NCBI GenBank assembly: GCA_041694815.1
Contig: JBGFSC010000049.1
Location: forward strand, 32,001-96,000
Direction: 5' to 3'
DNA length: 64,000 nucleotides
DNA from: Elusimicrobiota bacterium
Lineage (GTDB): Bacteria; Elusimicrobiota; Elusimicrobia; UBA1565; JACRDR01
This document shows, one piece after another, positions 18,380-27,955 of the stretch (within the stretch, counting starts at the first letter, position 1; every line of letters starts with the position of its first letter). The notes beneath the pieces were generated by a model. That model searched no databases and was not told the origin of the DNA. It was given only the letters and a program-made list of their open reading frames with translations. Position numbers and translations under genes: made by a program.

Positions 18380-19552
18380 ATGGATCCCTTCCCCTTCGCC
18401 TTTTTTTGCTCCGCCAAATCGGCGGCGCAAAAAATACGGTCAGCACGGATCTCGTGGGTCTTAATACTGCTTGCATTCGCTCCGTTAACGACGAACGCCC
18501 AATACGGCCTGCTGCCGGATTCCCCAGAATCATTGCAAGTCGAAGCGACTAAGACGCTCGACGTTTGCGTCGATAAATACCTCCACTTCGCGATTTCCGG
18601 GAAAGTGCTTTTCACTCAATGCCATGAAAAGTTCGCCGCCTGGGATTGGATGACGGGCAAACGGTTATGGAGCTATTCCGCGCCCGACAACCTTATGCGG
18701 CTCGCGGTCAGCCCTAACGGCGAGAAGGTCGCCGCGGGCGTTGGAAACGGCGACGAGAAAGGAACGCTCATCCTATTGGACGCCCGGACAGGGACTCCGA
18801 CCGAGACCTTGAAGAAGCCCGGACATTATTTCAACGGGATCGAATTTAGCCCGGATTCCTCCCGCATCGTAAGCGTCGGCGGCGGAGAGGCCTATCTATG
18901 GCTTCTCGACAGCAAGACAATCGTACCGCTCGGAGAGCGCGGTGTCGTCAATGCGGGATTTAGCATCGATGGCGCATTCGCTTTTACGGTCCAAGACGAG
19001 AACTCTTTCTCGGTCTGGGATGGGCGCAGTGGTGAGCGCGCGCAACTATCTCAATGGACCGGAAGGGCCGGCTCGGATCATGAAAGCCTGGGCTGGGCCA
19101 TCAGCGCGGACGGCTCGAGATTCGCGCAGCTCGCCGAGGACGCCCCGCACGCCACGGTCATCCGAGACATGCGCAGCCGCAAGGAGCTGGCCCGAATCTC
19201 TTTCGAATGCCCGCATTACCCGAGAATGATGTTCAGCCGGGACGCCACGAAACTGCTTTTAGGATGCTATGACAAAGGCGCCGTAATTTTCGACACACGT
19301 ACCGTGAAACCGTTGCTGACGATCCGTGACAACGTTGATTACGCTTCGTTTACCCCGGACGATTCCAGCCTTATTCTTTCCAGCGAACACGATGGGAAGC
19401 TACGGATACTCAAAATCGATTCCTCGGGAGACCTCTCGCGGCTCAGAGAGGCGTTAAAGAACAAGGCTTCAACAGCCGACCTCCCATTTGCCGACGGCGA
19501 AACCGCCGAAGAGCGCTTCAAGCTGCCCTGGTCGCTCTTTCAGACGCGATAG
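18380..19552 (+). CDS. secreted WD40-like beta-propeller protein with C-terminal AEERFKL tag
   Basis: Repeats VSPNG/FSPDS/ISADG/FTPDD; hydrophobic signal-like stretch; start uncertain. Confidence 0.75.
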   Translation: MDPFPFAFFCSAKSAAQKIRSARISWVLILLAFAPLTTNAQYGLLPDSPESLQVEATKTLDVCVDKYLHFAISGKVLFTQCHEKFAAWDWMTGKRLWSYSAPDNLMRLAVSPNGEKVAAGVGNGDEKGTLILLDARTGTPTETLKKPGHYFNGIEFSPDSSRIVSVGGGEAYLWLLDSKTIVPLGERGVVNAGFSIDGAFAFTVQDENSFSVWDGRSGERAQLSQWTGRAGSDHESLGWAISADGSRFAQLAEDAPHATVIRDMRSRKELARISFECPHYPRMMFSRDATKLLLGCYDKGAVIFDTRTVKPLLTIRDNVDYASFTPDDSSLILSSEHDGKLRILKIDSSGDLSRLREALKNKASTADLPFADGETAEERFKLPWSLFQTR

Positions 19553-19554
19553 AT

Positions 19555-20367
19555 TCAGCGCGACAGCAATCCGGCGTCGATGATAAACGGCGAGCCCGTG
19601 ATGTAGCGCGCCTTCTCCGAGGCCAGATACACGACGGCCTGGGCCACGTCCTCCGGCTCGATCCAAGGCACGGGCAATAGATTTCCCGCCGAACGCTCGG
19701 CGATCTCGCGGGGGCTTAAGCCCTCCATTTCCGCCAGGCCGTCGTTCATCGGCGTGTTGACCCCGGTCGGGTGCAGCGAGACGACGCGGATGCCGTAGGG
19801 TGCCAGCTCGATCGCCCAGGACTTGGTCAGCCCCGTCAGGCCCCATTTGGAGGCGGCGTAATGGCTGAGCCTTCCCATGCCGCGCAGTCCGCCGACGGAG
19901 GAGTTATTGATGATCACGCCGGATTTCTGCGCGATCATGAGGGGAATCACCCGGCGCGCCACGAGCCAGGCGCCTTTAAGGTTGATGTCCAGCATCATGT
20001 CCCACTGCTCTTCCGTGAGCTCATGGGCGAGCCCGTAGGCGCAGATCCCGGCGTTGTTGAACAAGAGATCGATGCGGCCGAATCTCTTGCGCGCCGAATC
20101 GACCGCGCGTCCGACGGCTTTGTCATCGCGCACGTCGGCCTCGAAAGTCAGGCATCGCGCGCCCAAGGAGGCGCAGGCCTTGGCGAGTGATTTCAGATCC
20201 TCTGGCGATCCTAGCTTGTACGCCGGATACTTGAGCGCTCGCGCCACGTCCAGGGCCACGATGTCCATGCCCTCCGCGGCCAGGGCGAGGGCGGCCGCTC
20301 GGCCCTGCCCGTGAGCCGCGCCCGTGACAAGGCCGACCTTACCGCCCAGCTCTTTCTTTCTTGCCAT
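19555..20367 (-). CDS. SDR oxidoreductase, mycofactocin-coupled/carveol dehydrogenase-like subfamily
   Basis: TGAAHGQGR with the insert DVARALKYPAYKLGSPEDL, YAASK, HPTGVNTPM, NLLPVPWIEPEDV. Confidence 0.8.
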   Translation of the reverse strand: MARKKELGGKVGLVTGAAHGQGRAAALALAAEGMDIVALDVARALKYPAYKLGSPEDLKSLAKACASLGARCLTFEADVRDDKAVGRAVDSARKRFGRIDLLFNNAGICAYGLAHELTEEQWDMMLDINLKGAWLVARRVIPLMIAQKSGVIINNSSVGGLRGMGRLSHYAASKWGLTGLTKSWAIELAPYGIRVVSLHPTGVNTPMNDGLAEMEGLSPREIAERSAGNLLPVPWIEPEDVAQAVVYLASEKARYITGSPFIIDAGLLSR

Positions 20368-20893
20368 CGGGAGCGCAGTAGGGCTGCAGGTATTCGTCGA
20401 GGTCCACGCGAAGCGCGTTGTTGAAGACGTTGGTCGCGATCATCATGCCGCCGAAGGCGGTCAGAGCCACGATCTCGGCAGGCTTCAGGAACCGGGCCAG
20501 CCGGGCGTAAAGCTCATCGTTTACCCCATTGGAATCCTTGGCCAATTGCCGGCCGTAATCGACCACGGCCTCTTCTTTCTCGTCGAGCTTGAGCGAACCC
20601 GGATCCTCCCCGGAGTCGATGAGGATGCGGCGGAAGAACGTGGAGCAGATGAGGCAGTCGGTCTGCGAGGAGATGGCGTGCACGAACAGGGTGGCTGCCC
20701 GCTCGCCGAGAAATCCCGCGACCTCGGCCTGCAAGGGATACCATTGCATCAGGGCCGCGAGCGCCGTCGGGCTATGCCCGAGCGTACGTTTCATATTGGT
20801 GACCCGGCCGTGCGCCGCCTTCTGCCGGTCGTATTCGGCGCGCGAGGCCGCGCCCGCGCTCTCGTATTCGAGGGGAGGGATGCGCGCCGTCAC
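20339..20893 (-). CDS. carboxymuconolactone decarboxylase/AhpD-like protein
   Basis: HSPTALAA, ISSQTDCLICS (CxxC), MIATNVFNNAL. Confidence 0.75.
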   Translation of the reverse strand: MTARIPPLEYESAGAASRAEYDRQKAAHGRVTNMKRTLGHSPTALAALMQWYPLQAEVAGFLGERAATLFVHAISSQTDCLICSTFFRRILIDSGEDPGSLKLDEKEEAVVDYGRQLAKDSNGVNDELYARLARFLKPAEIVALTAFGGMMIATNVFNNALRVDLDEYLQPYCAPDGKKERAGR

Positions 20894-21945
20894 TGCAGCA
20901 TGCGCCGGCGGACCAGCTCGAGCACCTTCTGGTAGCCGCCCAGGAATTGATCCAAGGTGTGCACGGAGGCGCCGTAGCGCACGAACTCCTCTGGCTTCAT
21001 CCCGTTTTCGTCGTAAGCCTTTCTAAAATCGGCGAAGCCGTTCTCGAGCGCGGCGAGCACGCGGGGTTCGACGGGTTGCTCGAGCGTCCGGGAGACCGGA
21101 ATCGAGGAGTCGTTGAACTGCTTCCACCAGGCGTAGGGGATCGACTGGACTATCCCCTCGCCGATGAGCTCCGACCAATGCAGGTGATGCCGATAGGCGG
21201 CGACCAGGAGCTTGGCGCGGAACTTGCGGCGCTTAAACACTTGCCGGGCCTTCTTGAACACCGCGATGCCGGCCCAATTGAGGAAGCCCGGGTCTATGGA
21301 GACCTTCTCCCGCTCCATGATGCGCTTTAGATGATCGTCCAACCGTCCGACCATGAGCGTTACATAAGGCTGCGGCGGGACCTTGGCCCTCTTGAGGCCG
21401 CGCTCCATGGCCTCGGCGCAGGCGACGGCCTGCGGGAGCGTGAAGCTCACCGTCGCGTTGACCGGCACGCCTTCTGCGGTGAGCGCCTCGATGGCCTCCA
21501 ATCCCTCCGCCGTCGCGGGGGCCTTGATGGCGATATTGGGCGCTAGCCCCGCCAGATGGCGGCCATGCTCGAGCATGCGCTCGGGACTGCGGTAATATTT
21601 CGGGCTCACCTGCACCGAGAGATAGCCCTTCTCCCCCCCGGTCTTCTGGTGGACGGGCGCCAAGAGCGCCGCCGCGTCCACGGCTACTCGTTCGATAAGC
21701 TTCCAGGCGATCTCATCCTCGCTGTCCTTGGGGTTCTTGCGGATGATTTCCGAGAGCGTCGGCATCCAGGTCTCGGGGTCGTTTTCCAGCGCCGAGCCCA
21801 CGATCACCGGGTTGGAGGTGGCGCCGACGGCCCCCTGCTCTACCGCGTCGCGCAGCTCTTTTAGGTGGCAGGAATCGTTCCAAAAATCGACCCCCAATGC
21901 CTGGGTCCCTCCCAACGGCGTCGCCTTCTTCGTCTTTGTCAGCAT
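20890..21945 (-). CDS. transaldolase family protein
   Basis: FWNDS, GATSNP, SVQVSP, NIAIKAP (Schiff-base Lys), VNATVSF, MVGRLDD. Start at MLTKTKK with SD. Confidence 0.85.
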   Translation of the reverse strand: MLTKTKKATPLGGTQALGVDFWNDSCHLKELRDAVEQGAVGATSNPVIVGSALENDPETWMPTLSEIIRKNPKDSEDEIAWKLIERVAVDAAALLAPVHQKTGGEKGYLSVQVSPKYYRSPERMLEHGRHLAGLAPNIAIKAPATAEGLEAIEALTAEGVPVNATVSFTLPQAVACAEAMERGLKRAKVPPQPYVTLMVGRLDDHLKRIMEREKVSIDPGFLNWAGIAVFKKARQVFKRRKFRAKLLVAAYRHHLHWSELIGEGIVQSIPYAWWKQFNDSSIPVSRTLEQPVEPRVLAALENGFADFRKAYDENGMKPEEFVRYGASVHTLDQFLGGYQKVLELVRRRMLQ

Positions 21946-22817
21946 CCGATGGCCTTCCTGAGATATTCTCGGCCCTTGCGGGCGTACTCCAAGGGGTTGG
22001 CTTTCGCTGGGTCCTGCTCGGCCTCCACCACCAGCCAACCCTCATAATCCTTCTTTTTGAGCAGTTCGAAAATGGGGCGGTAATCGATGCACCCGTCGCC
22101 GGGCACCGTGAATACGCCCTCGCGCACCGCCTGCTCGAAGCTATAGCCCCGCGCGCGGGCCCTCTCGGCCACCTCCGGGCGCACGTCCTTTAAATGGACA
22201 TGGACGACCCGGTCCAAATGCCGCCCGATGACCGAGACCGGATCCATGCCGGCGAAGGCCATATGCCCGGTGTCGGCGAGCAGGCGCAGCTTCCTCGTCA
22301 TGGACATCAGACGGTCGAGCTCGGCCTCGTTCTGAATCACCGTGCCCATATGGTGGTGGTAGGCCGTCTGAAGGCCGAGGCCCTCTCCCAATTTCGCCAG
22401 GCGCTCGAGCCCCGAGGCGAGGCGCTCCCATTGCTCTTGCGTCAAGGGTTGCGCGTCGAAGCGCAGCGGGACCCCGCTGCGCTCGTAGACGCGCCCGCTA
22501 CACTCGGCCACGATGGCCACGCGGCTTCCCATCTCCGTGAGCAAGCGCGCGTGCTCGAGGAATCTTTTTCCCTCTTCTTCTACGCTTTTCGAAAGCAGGT
22601 AGCAGCTATGCCAGCCAGAAGCAAGCGCAAGCCGGTGTTGCGATAAAAGGGCCTTGAGCGCGGAGGGCTGCCTCGGGAATTTATGGCCCAATTCGGTGCC
22701 CGCGTAGCCGGCCTCGCGCATCTCGCTCAAGCATTGCTCGAGCGGGATCGAGCCGCCGAGATCCCGGAAGTCGTCGTTGCTCCAACCGATCGGCTGGGCC
22801 GCTATCCGAACCTTCAT
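21939..22817 (-). CDS. iolE: myo-inosose-2 dehydratase
   Basis: PIGWSNDD, YHHHMGT, DTGH, HVHLKDVR, FTVPGDG, VVEAEQDP. Confidence 0.93.
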   Translation of the reverse strand: MKVRIAAQPIGWSNDDFRDLGGSIPLEQCLSEMREAGYAGTELGHKFPRQPSALKALLSQHRLALASGWHSCYLLSKSVEEEGKRFLEHARLLTEMGSRVAIVAECSGRVYERSGVPLRFDAQPLTQEQWERLASGLERLAKLGEGLGLQTAYHHHMGTVIQNEAELDRLMSMTRKLRLLADTGHMAFAGMDPVSVIGRHLDRVVHVHLKDVRPEVAERARARGYSFEQAVREGVFTVPGDGCIDYRPIFELLKKKDYEGWLVVEAEQDPAKANPLEYARKGREYLRKAIGC

Positions 22818-22818
22818 C

Positions 22819-24684
22819 TCAGTAATAAAACCTCTGGCGTTTCGCCTTAGCGACGTAATCCGCGCGCGAGCGCCGCACCGAGGCGGGCCTGGAGACCTCG
22901 GCCACCGGGACATCCCACCAGGAAAAGCCCGGCACGAAGCGGTCGGGGTCGACGGGGACGTGGATGAGGGCCGTGCGCGGCTGCTCGCGCGCCTCGCGCA
23001 GGGCGTGGGCCAGCGAGTCGCGGTCCTTGGCCGACCAAGTCGCGGCCCCTAGGCTCGCCGCGTTGGAGACGAAGTCGAGCGCGAGGGTCGGCCCGGTCAA
23101 TCGGCCGGTCGCGGCCTCGCGGTGGCGGAACTCGTTGCCGAAGCCGGGCCCCGCCGTGTGCCGCTGCAGGTTGTGTATGCACTGGTAGCCGTGATTGTCG
23201 AGCAGCACGATCGTGATCTTGAGGCCCTCCTGCACCGCGGTCGCGATCTCGTGGTTGAGCATCAGGTAGCTGCCGTCCCCAACGGCGGCGTAGACCTCGC
23301 GGTCGGGCCGGGCCATCTTGATCCCCAGGGCCCCGGCGATCTCGTAACCCATGCAGGAATAGCCGTATTCCGAATGGTAGTCCCCGGGCGCCTTCGAGCG
23401 CCACAGCTTATGCAGGTCTCCCGGCAATCCGCCGGCGGCGTGCACGAGGATCGAGTTCTCATCGAGCGCCTCGTTGAGTACCGAGATCACCTCGGCCTGC
23501 GACATCCGCGCGCCTGCGGGAGGCTTTACGATCGCGGCATAGCGGCGCTCCCAGTCCTCCTTGGCCGCGCGGATCTCCGCCGCGTAGGCTCGCGGGATTT
23601 TATGCCCTTGCAGTGCCCGACCCAAGGATTCGAGCGTGGCCTTGGCGTCCGCGGCGATGGGCAGCGCCCCGTGCTTACGGGCGTCGAAGGCGTTAAGATT
23701 AATATTGATGAAGCGGACGCCTGGTTCCTGGAACTGCGTCTTGGAGGCCGTGGTAAAATCGGAGTACCGGTGGCCCACCGACAGGACGAGATCGGCCTTA
23801 AGGGCGAGGCGGTTGGCGGCCGAATTGCCCGTCGCGCCGACGGCGCCGATGCAGAGCGGATGCGAATCCGGCAGAGCACCCTTGCCCGCCTGGGTGCATG
23901 CCACCGGGATGCCCAGGCGCTCGGCGAAGGCGCGCAGGGCCTCGGTCGCCTCCGAATAGTGAACACCACCGCCCGCGATGATGAGGGGCCGCCGCGCCGA
24001 GCGCAGCCAGCGCGCCGCCTCCCGAAGGGCCTCGCGCGAGGGCTGCGGACGAGGCACCGCGTAGACCCTTTTTTCGAAGAAGGCCGCCGGATAGTCGAAG
24101 GCCTCGGCCTGCACGTCCTCGGGAAGGCAGAGCGTCACCGCCCCGGTCTCGGCGGGGTCGGCCAGCACGCGCATGGCCTCGGGCAGCGCCGCTAGGATCT
24201 GCTCGGGACGGTTGATTCGGTCCCAATATCGCGAGACGGGCTTAAAGCAATCATTGACGCTTACATCCATGCTCTGCGGGAACTCGAGCTGCTGGAGCAC
24301 CGGATTGGGCCGGCGATTGGCGAAGATATCTCCGGGCAGTAGGAGGACCGGGATGCGGTTGATGGTCGCACCCGCCGCGCCGGTGACCATGTTGGTCGCG
24401 CCGGGGCCGACCGAGCTGGTGCAGGCCATGGCGCCGAGGCGGTGCAGGGTTTTCGAGTACGCCGCCGCGGCATGCACCATCGCCTGCTCGTTTTTCGGCT
24501 GGAAATAGGGAAGCTCCCGGCCGCCGCGCTCCTCCAAGGCCTGGCCGAGGCCCGCCACGTTGCCGTGGCCGAAAATCCCGAATACCCCGCGGATGAGCCG
24601 ATGCTCCGCGCCGTCGCGCGAGACGTATTGCCGCTTGAGGAACTCCACCATGGCCTGGCCCATCGTCAGGCGGATCGTCCTCAT
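22819..24684 (-). CDS. iolD: 3D-(3,5/4)-trihydroxycyclohexane-1,2-dione acylhydrolase (TPP-dependent)
   Basis: TIRLTMGQA, IFGHGNVAG, EYGYSCMGYE, GDGSYLM, WWDVPVAEVS. Confidence 0.95.
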   Translation of the reverse strand: MRTIRLTMGQAMVEFLKRQYVSRDGAEHRLIRGVFGIFGHGNVAGLGQALEERGGRELPYFQPKNEQAMVHAAAAYSKTLHRLGAMACTSSVGPGATNMVTGAAGATINRIPVLLLPGDIFANRRPNPVLQQLEFPQSMDVSVNDCFKPVSRYWDRINRPEQILAALPEAMRVLADPAETGAVTLCLPEDVQAEAFDYPAAFFEKRVYAVPRPQPSREALREAARWLRSARRPLIIAGGGVHYSEATEALRAFAERLGIPVACTQAGKGALPDSHPLCIGAVGATGNSAANRLALKADLVLSVGHRYSDFTTASKTQFQEPGVRFININLNAFDARKHGALPIAADAKATLESLGRALQGHKIPRAYAAEIRAAKEDWERRYAAIVKPPAGARMSQAEVISVLNEALDENSILVHAAGGLPGDLHKLWRSKAPGDYHSEYGYSCMGYEIAGALGIKMARPDREVYAAVGDGSYLMLNHEIATAVQEGLKITIVLLDNHGYQCIHNLQRHTAGPGFGNEFRHREAATGRLTGPTLALDFVSNAASLGAATWSAKDRDSLAHALREAREQPRTALIHVPVDPDRFVPGFSWWDVPVAEVSRPASVRRSRADYVAKAKRQRFYY

Positions 24685-25487
24685 AACGGCGGCCGCCACC
24701 CCTGCTTCTTGGGATCGAGCGTCCATTCATGCTCGGGAAGGAACTTAAAGCCCCGGTACGGGTTGTCCTTAAGATGGCGCACCACCCAGAGATACCACAT
24801 CCCGTAGCCCGGGGCGGCGACCTGCGCATGGCCGACGCAGTTCAATATCTTGAGCGTGTCGCGCTGGCGCACCTTGTAGACTTCCTCGCCGAGCTCGCCG
24901 TGCCCATAGCCCTGCGGCTCGGTGAAGCGGTAATGGTAGATCTCGGCCTGCGGGTGCGTGTGGGGCGGGTAGCTCGACCAGCGCCCCGGATAGTTGACCA
25001 CCTCGCCCAGGACGAGATTGGCCTGGGGCCGGTTGTTCCAATCGAAGATGAGTCGGACATTGCGCAGCGCGGCCTCCTGGACCAAGCCCTTACCGCGGTA
25101 CTCGGACTCAAGCCCTTCGGGCAGGAACAGCTTGGGCTCGAAGCGTCGGCTGTTTTCCGCGCGCATCAGCGCCCATTCCACATCGCCCAACGCCTTAATA
25201 CACACGGGCGTCGACGGCCCCACGTGTAGAGCGGTCGGCTGCTCCTCGAACAGCGAGCGGCGCGACAGGCGGCTCCGGATGCCTCCCGCCTCGACCTCCA
25301 CCTCGCCGCCTAAGAGCAGCCAAGCCGATTCCTTGGGGTGCGTCTCGGAAATCGTATCGCCGGCCTTTAGCTTCCAAAAGCCGAGGTCCATGCCCGTGTC
25401 GCATTCCCGTTCGCCCTCCTCGGTCACCGCCGTGAATCCCGGAGGGAAGCCATCACGGAACCGGGTGATATGCGCCGGGCTATTCAC
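24681..25487 (-). CDS. iolB: 5-deoxy-glucuronate isomerase
   Basis: GEVVNYPGRWSSYPPHTHPQAEIYHY, HAQVAAPGYGMWY. Confidence 0.9.
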   Translation of the reverse strand: MNSPAHITRFRDGFPPGFTAVTEEGERECDTGMDLGFWKLKAGDTISETHPKESAWLLLGGEVEVEAGGIRSRLSRRSLFEEQPTALHVGPSTPVCIKALGDVEWALMRAENSRRFEPKLFLPEGLESEYRGKGLVQEAALRNVRLIFDWNNRPQANLVLGEVVNYPGRWSSYPPHTHPQAEIYHYRFTEPQGYGHGELGEEVYKVRQRDTLKILNCVGHAQVAAPGYGMWYLWVVRHLKDNPYRGFKFLPEHEWTLDPKKQGWRPPL

Positions 25488-26491
25488 GCCAGCTCCGACA
25501 GGCGCACGGGGCGCTTCTCCTGGAACGATTTCTTGGCCGCCAGCCCTAGCAGCACGGCCTGGAGCCCATCCTCGCCGCCAACGGGCGGCGCGGCCTTGTC
25601 CCGAAGGGAGTCGACAAAGGCCTGCATCTCGTCACGATAGGCCTGGGCATAGCGTTCGATGAAGAAATGATGCGGCGGGTCCTTGCGCGAGCCCTCGGGC
25701 CCCCAATGCTCGACGCCGTTGGGCCCGACGTTGGAGGACTTAGCGCAGCCTCCCGAGCCGAACACCTCCACGCGCTGGTCATAGCCGTAAGCCGCTCTTC
25801 GCGAATTATCGATGGCGCCGATGGCCCCTCCCTTGTAGCGGAGGGTGATGAGCGCCGTGTCCACGTCTCCCAAGCGCCCGATCTCGGGATCGACGAGCAC
25901 GGCTCCCGCGGCATAGACCTCCTCGATTTCGTCTTGGATCACGAAGCGGGCCATGTCGAAGTCATGGATGGCCATATCCAGAAACAGCCCTCCGGACACC
26001 CGGATATATTCCGAGGGCGGTGGCTGCGGGTCACGGCTGGTGATGCGCACCAGCTGCGGCGAGCCGACCTCGCCACGGCGCACCAGCTCGGCCACGCGCT
26101 TGAATTGCGCGTCGAATCGCCGGTTGAAGCCCACCTGCAGGCGGACTCCATGCCTGTCGACCGCGGCGAGGGCCCGGCGGATGGCGGAAATCTCGAGGTC
26201 GATGGGCTTTTCGCAGAAGACGTGCTTTCCCGCCGCGGCGGCCTCCTCGATGAGCCGGGCGTGGGTGTCCGTGGAGGAACAGATGACGATCGCCTCGATC
26301 TTGCCGTCCCCTAGCATCGGGCGATGATCGGCCAACGCTTGCGCCCCCCCGGCCTCCGAGGCAAGCGCGCGGGCGGCCTCCAGGTTGATGTCCGAGACGG
26401 CCTGAAGGCGGGCGCCCCCGACGCTCCGGAAAAGGTTCAAGGCATGGACCCGGCCGATGCGCCCGGCGCCGATGACGCCGATGCCGATCAT
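25484..26491 (-). CDS. iolG: inositol 2-dehydrogenase
   Basis: GAGRIGRVH, CEKP, VGFNRRFD, DMAIHDFD, GYDQRVEVFG. Confidence 0.92.
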   Translation of the reverse strand: MIGIGVIGAGRIGRVHALNLFRSVGGARLQAVSDINLEAARALASEAGGAQALADHRPMLGDGKIEAIVICSSTDTHARLIEEAAAAGKHVFCEKPIDLEISAIRRALAAVDRHGVRLQVGFNRRFDAQFKRVAELVRRGEVGSPQLVRITSRDPQPPPSEYIRVSGGLFLDMAIHDFDMARFVIQDEIEEVYAAGAVLVDPEIGRLGDVDTALITLRYKGGAIGAIDNSRRAAYGYDQRVEVFGSGGCAKSSNVGPNGVEHWGPEGSRKDPPHHFFIERYAQAYRDEMQAFVDSLRDKAAPPVGGEDGLQAVLLGLAAKKSFQEKRPVRLSELA

Positions 26492-26620
26492 GCGCGCATT
26501 GTAACATTCTCCACCCGCGAGCATCCTAGGCCGAAGGGCTCGTATCGACCTGGGTCCTGCGCCTCATCCATGCTCGAAACCCTCTCTGCTACAATCGCTT
26601 CACTCGCCGATACCAATCCG

Positions 26621-27955
26621 ATGTTGACTCTATTTGCCGTTTTAGCGAGCAGCGGCGTGCTCAAGAGCACGCCGGCAGCCATAGCTCCGCCCGTCGTCCA
26701 CGCGGAGGCAGCGGCGGAGCAGGGCTCGCCCTACCGGGAATTCGAGCGCAAACTCCGCCGATGGGAGCCGATCGAGGGCGCCGAGGCCTTGGACGCCTTC
26801 TACGACGGCTCCGCCTCCAAATCGCCATGGGGAGACCCGGTCGCCGGGCACAAACTGCGCATGATGTCGGAGCAGGCCTCTCCGGGGGACCCCGGCAAGG
26901 CCCTGGCCAAGCTTTTCGACGCCATCCTTCGACAAATAAAGACCGTTTACAGCCGCGGACTCTGGTCCTCCGAGGTCCAAGCCGTCGAGGGGGTGTTCGC
27001 GCAGGCCAGCGCGCGATACGAGGAATGGAAAAAGAACGGGGGAAACGGCACCCTCGATGAGAAATTCCGCGCCCTCAAGGAGGCCATGTCCTACCTGTCG
27101 GAGGTCTCGGCCACGCTGGAGGCGCTCGAAAATAAAGACAGCATAGAGCCGGAAAAAATCCGCATCCTGGACCAGCAGCTCAAGGCCCTGGCCATCGCCG
27201 TGGGCATTCCCCCGGTCGAGGCCCAGACCCTGGTGGCCGCGGCGATTTCCCGCGTGGCTCCTCCCCAAGAGATCCAAGGCGACATCCTCGGTCAGATCAG
27301 CGCCGCCCGCGGCTTCATGCGTCAGAATCAGCTACTCCAAAAATACTCGGACCGCCTGACCGCGCTCGAGACGGCGCTGCGCCTGGGCATGTTCAAGGAC
27401 GCGCGCGCCATGGCCGAGCATTTCTTCGACGGCGCCAACCTCATCGACCAGTTCATGTTTCATCCGGCGGTCATCGTGATGAGCGATCTGCTCGAGCAAC
27501 TTAATCCCTTCGGCAACACCAACGGCATCTTCCTTTCCAACATCCAGATCCTCTCCTTGGAGCTGCATGCCTTCGGCGACATCAAGACGCCCGAGGATTT
27601 CGAGAGGCGGCGTCGGGACCTGGCGCGTGGCCTCGAGACGATCGGCGCCGTCGTGCCGTTGTCGGAGGCCGACGCCAAGCTCCTTGCCTCCGGCAGGGAT
27701 TGGCAGCGCAACGGGGGCCTGATCCAGAGCATAGGCAATTTCACCGGCATGCTAGCGCCTACGGCCCTGTGGCTCAAGGGGCCGCTGCTCACGGTCGTGG
27801 GCCTGGGTGGGATTCTGCCGTTTTTCGGGAAATTCATCTACGGCTGGGGCAACCACCAGGAGCGCATCGCGCGAGGCGACGATAGCCGCCCGGCGAAAAA
27901 CCCCAAGCTCTGGGGCGAGCTGATCCGCAATCTCGCCCGCCGCTTCTTCCGCTAA
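26621..27955 (+). CDS. hypothetical secreted helical protein with C-terminal membrane hairpin
   Basis: Long ORF with coding-like codon use; AFYDGS and HFFDGA motifs; hydrophobic C-terminal pair. Start uncertain. Confidence 0.65.
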   Translation: MLTLFAVLASSGVLKSTPAAIAPPVVHAEAAAEQGSPYREFERKLRRWEPIEGAEALDAFYDGSASKSPWGDPVAGHKLRMMSEQASPGDPGKALAKLFDAILRQIKTVYSRGLWSSEVQAVEGVFAQASARYEEWKKNGGNGTLDEKFRALKEAMSYLSEVSATLEALENKDSIEPEKIRILDQQLKALAIAVGIPPVEAQTLVAAAISRVAPPQEIQGDILGQISAARGFMRQNQLLQKYSDRLTALETALRLGMFKDARAMAEHFFDGANLIDQFMFHPAVIVMSDLLEQLNPFGNTNGIFLSNIQILSLELHAFGDIKTPEDFERRRRDLARGLETIGAVVPLSEADAKLLASGRDWQRNGGLIQSIGNFTGMLAPTALWLKGPLLTVVGLGGILPFFGKFIYGWGNHQERIARGDDSRPAKNPKLWGELIRNLARRFFR

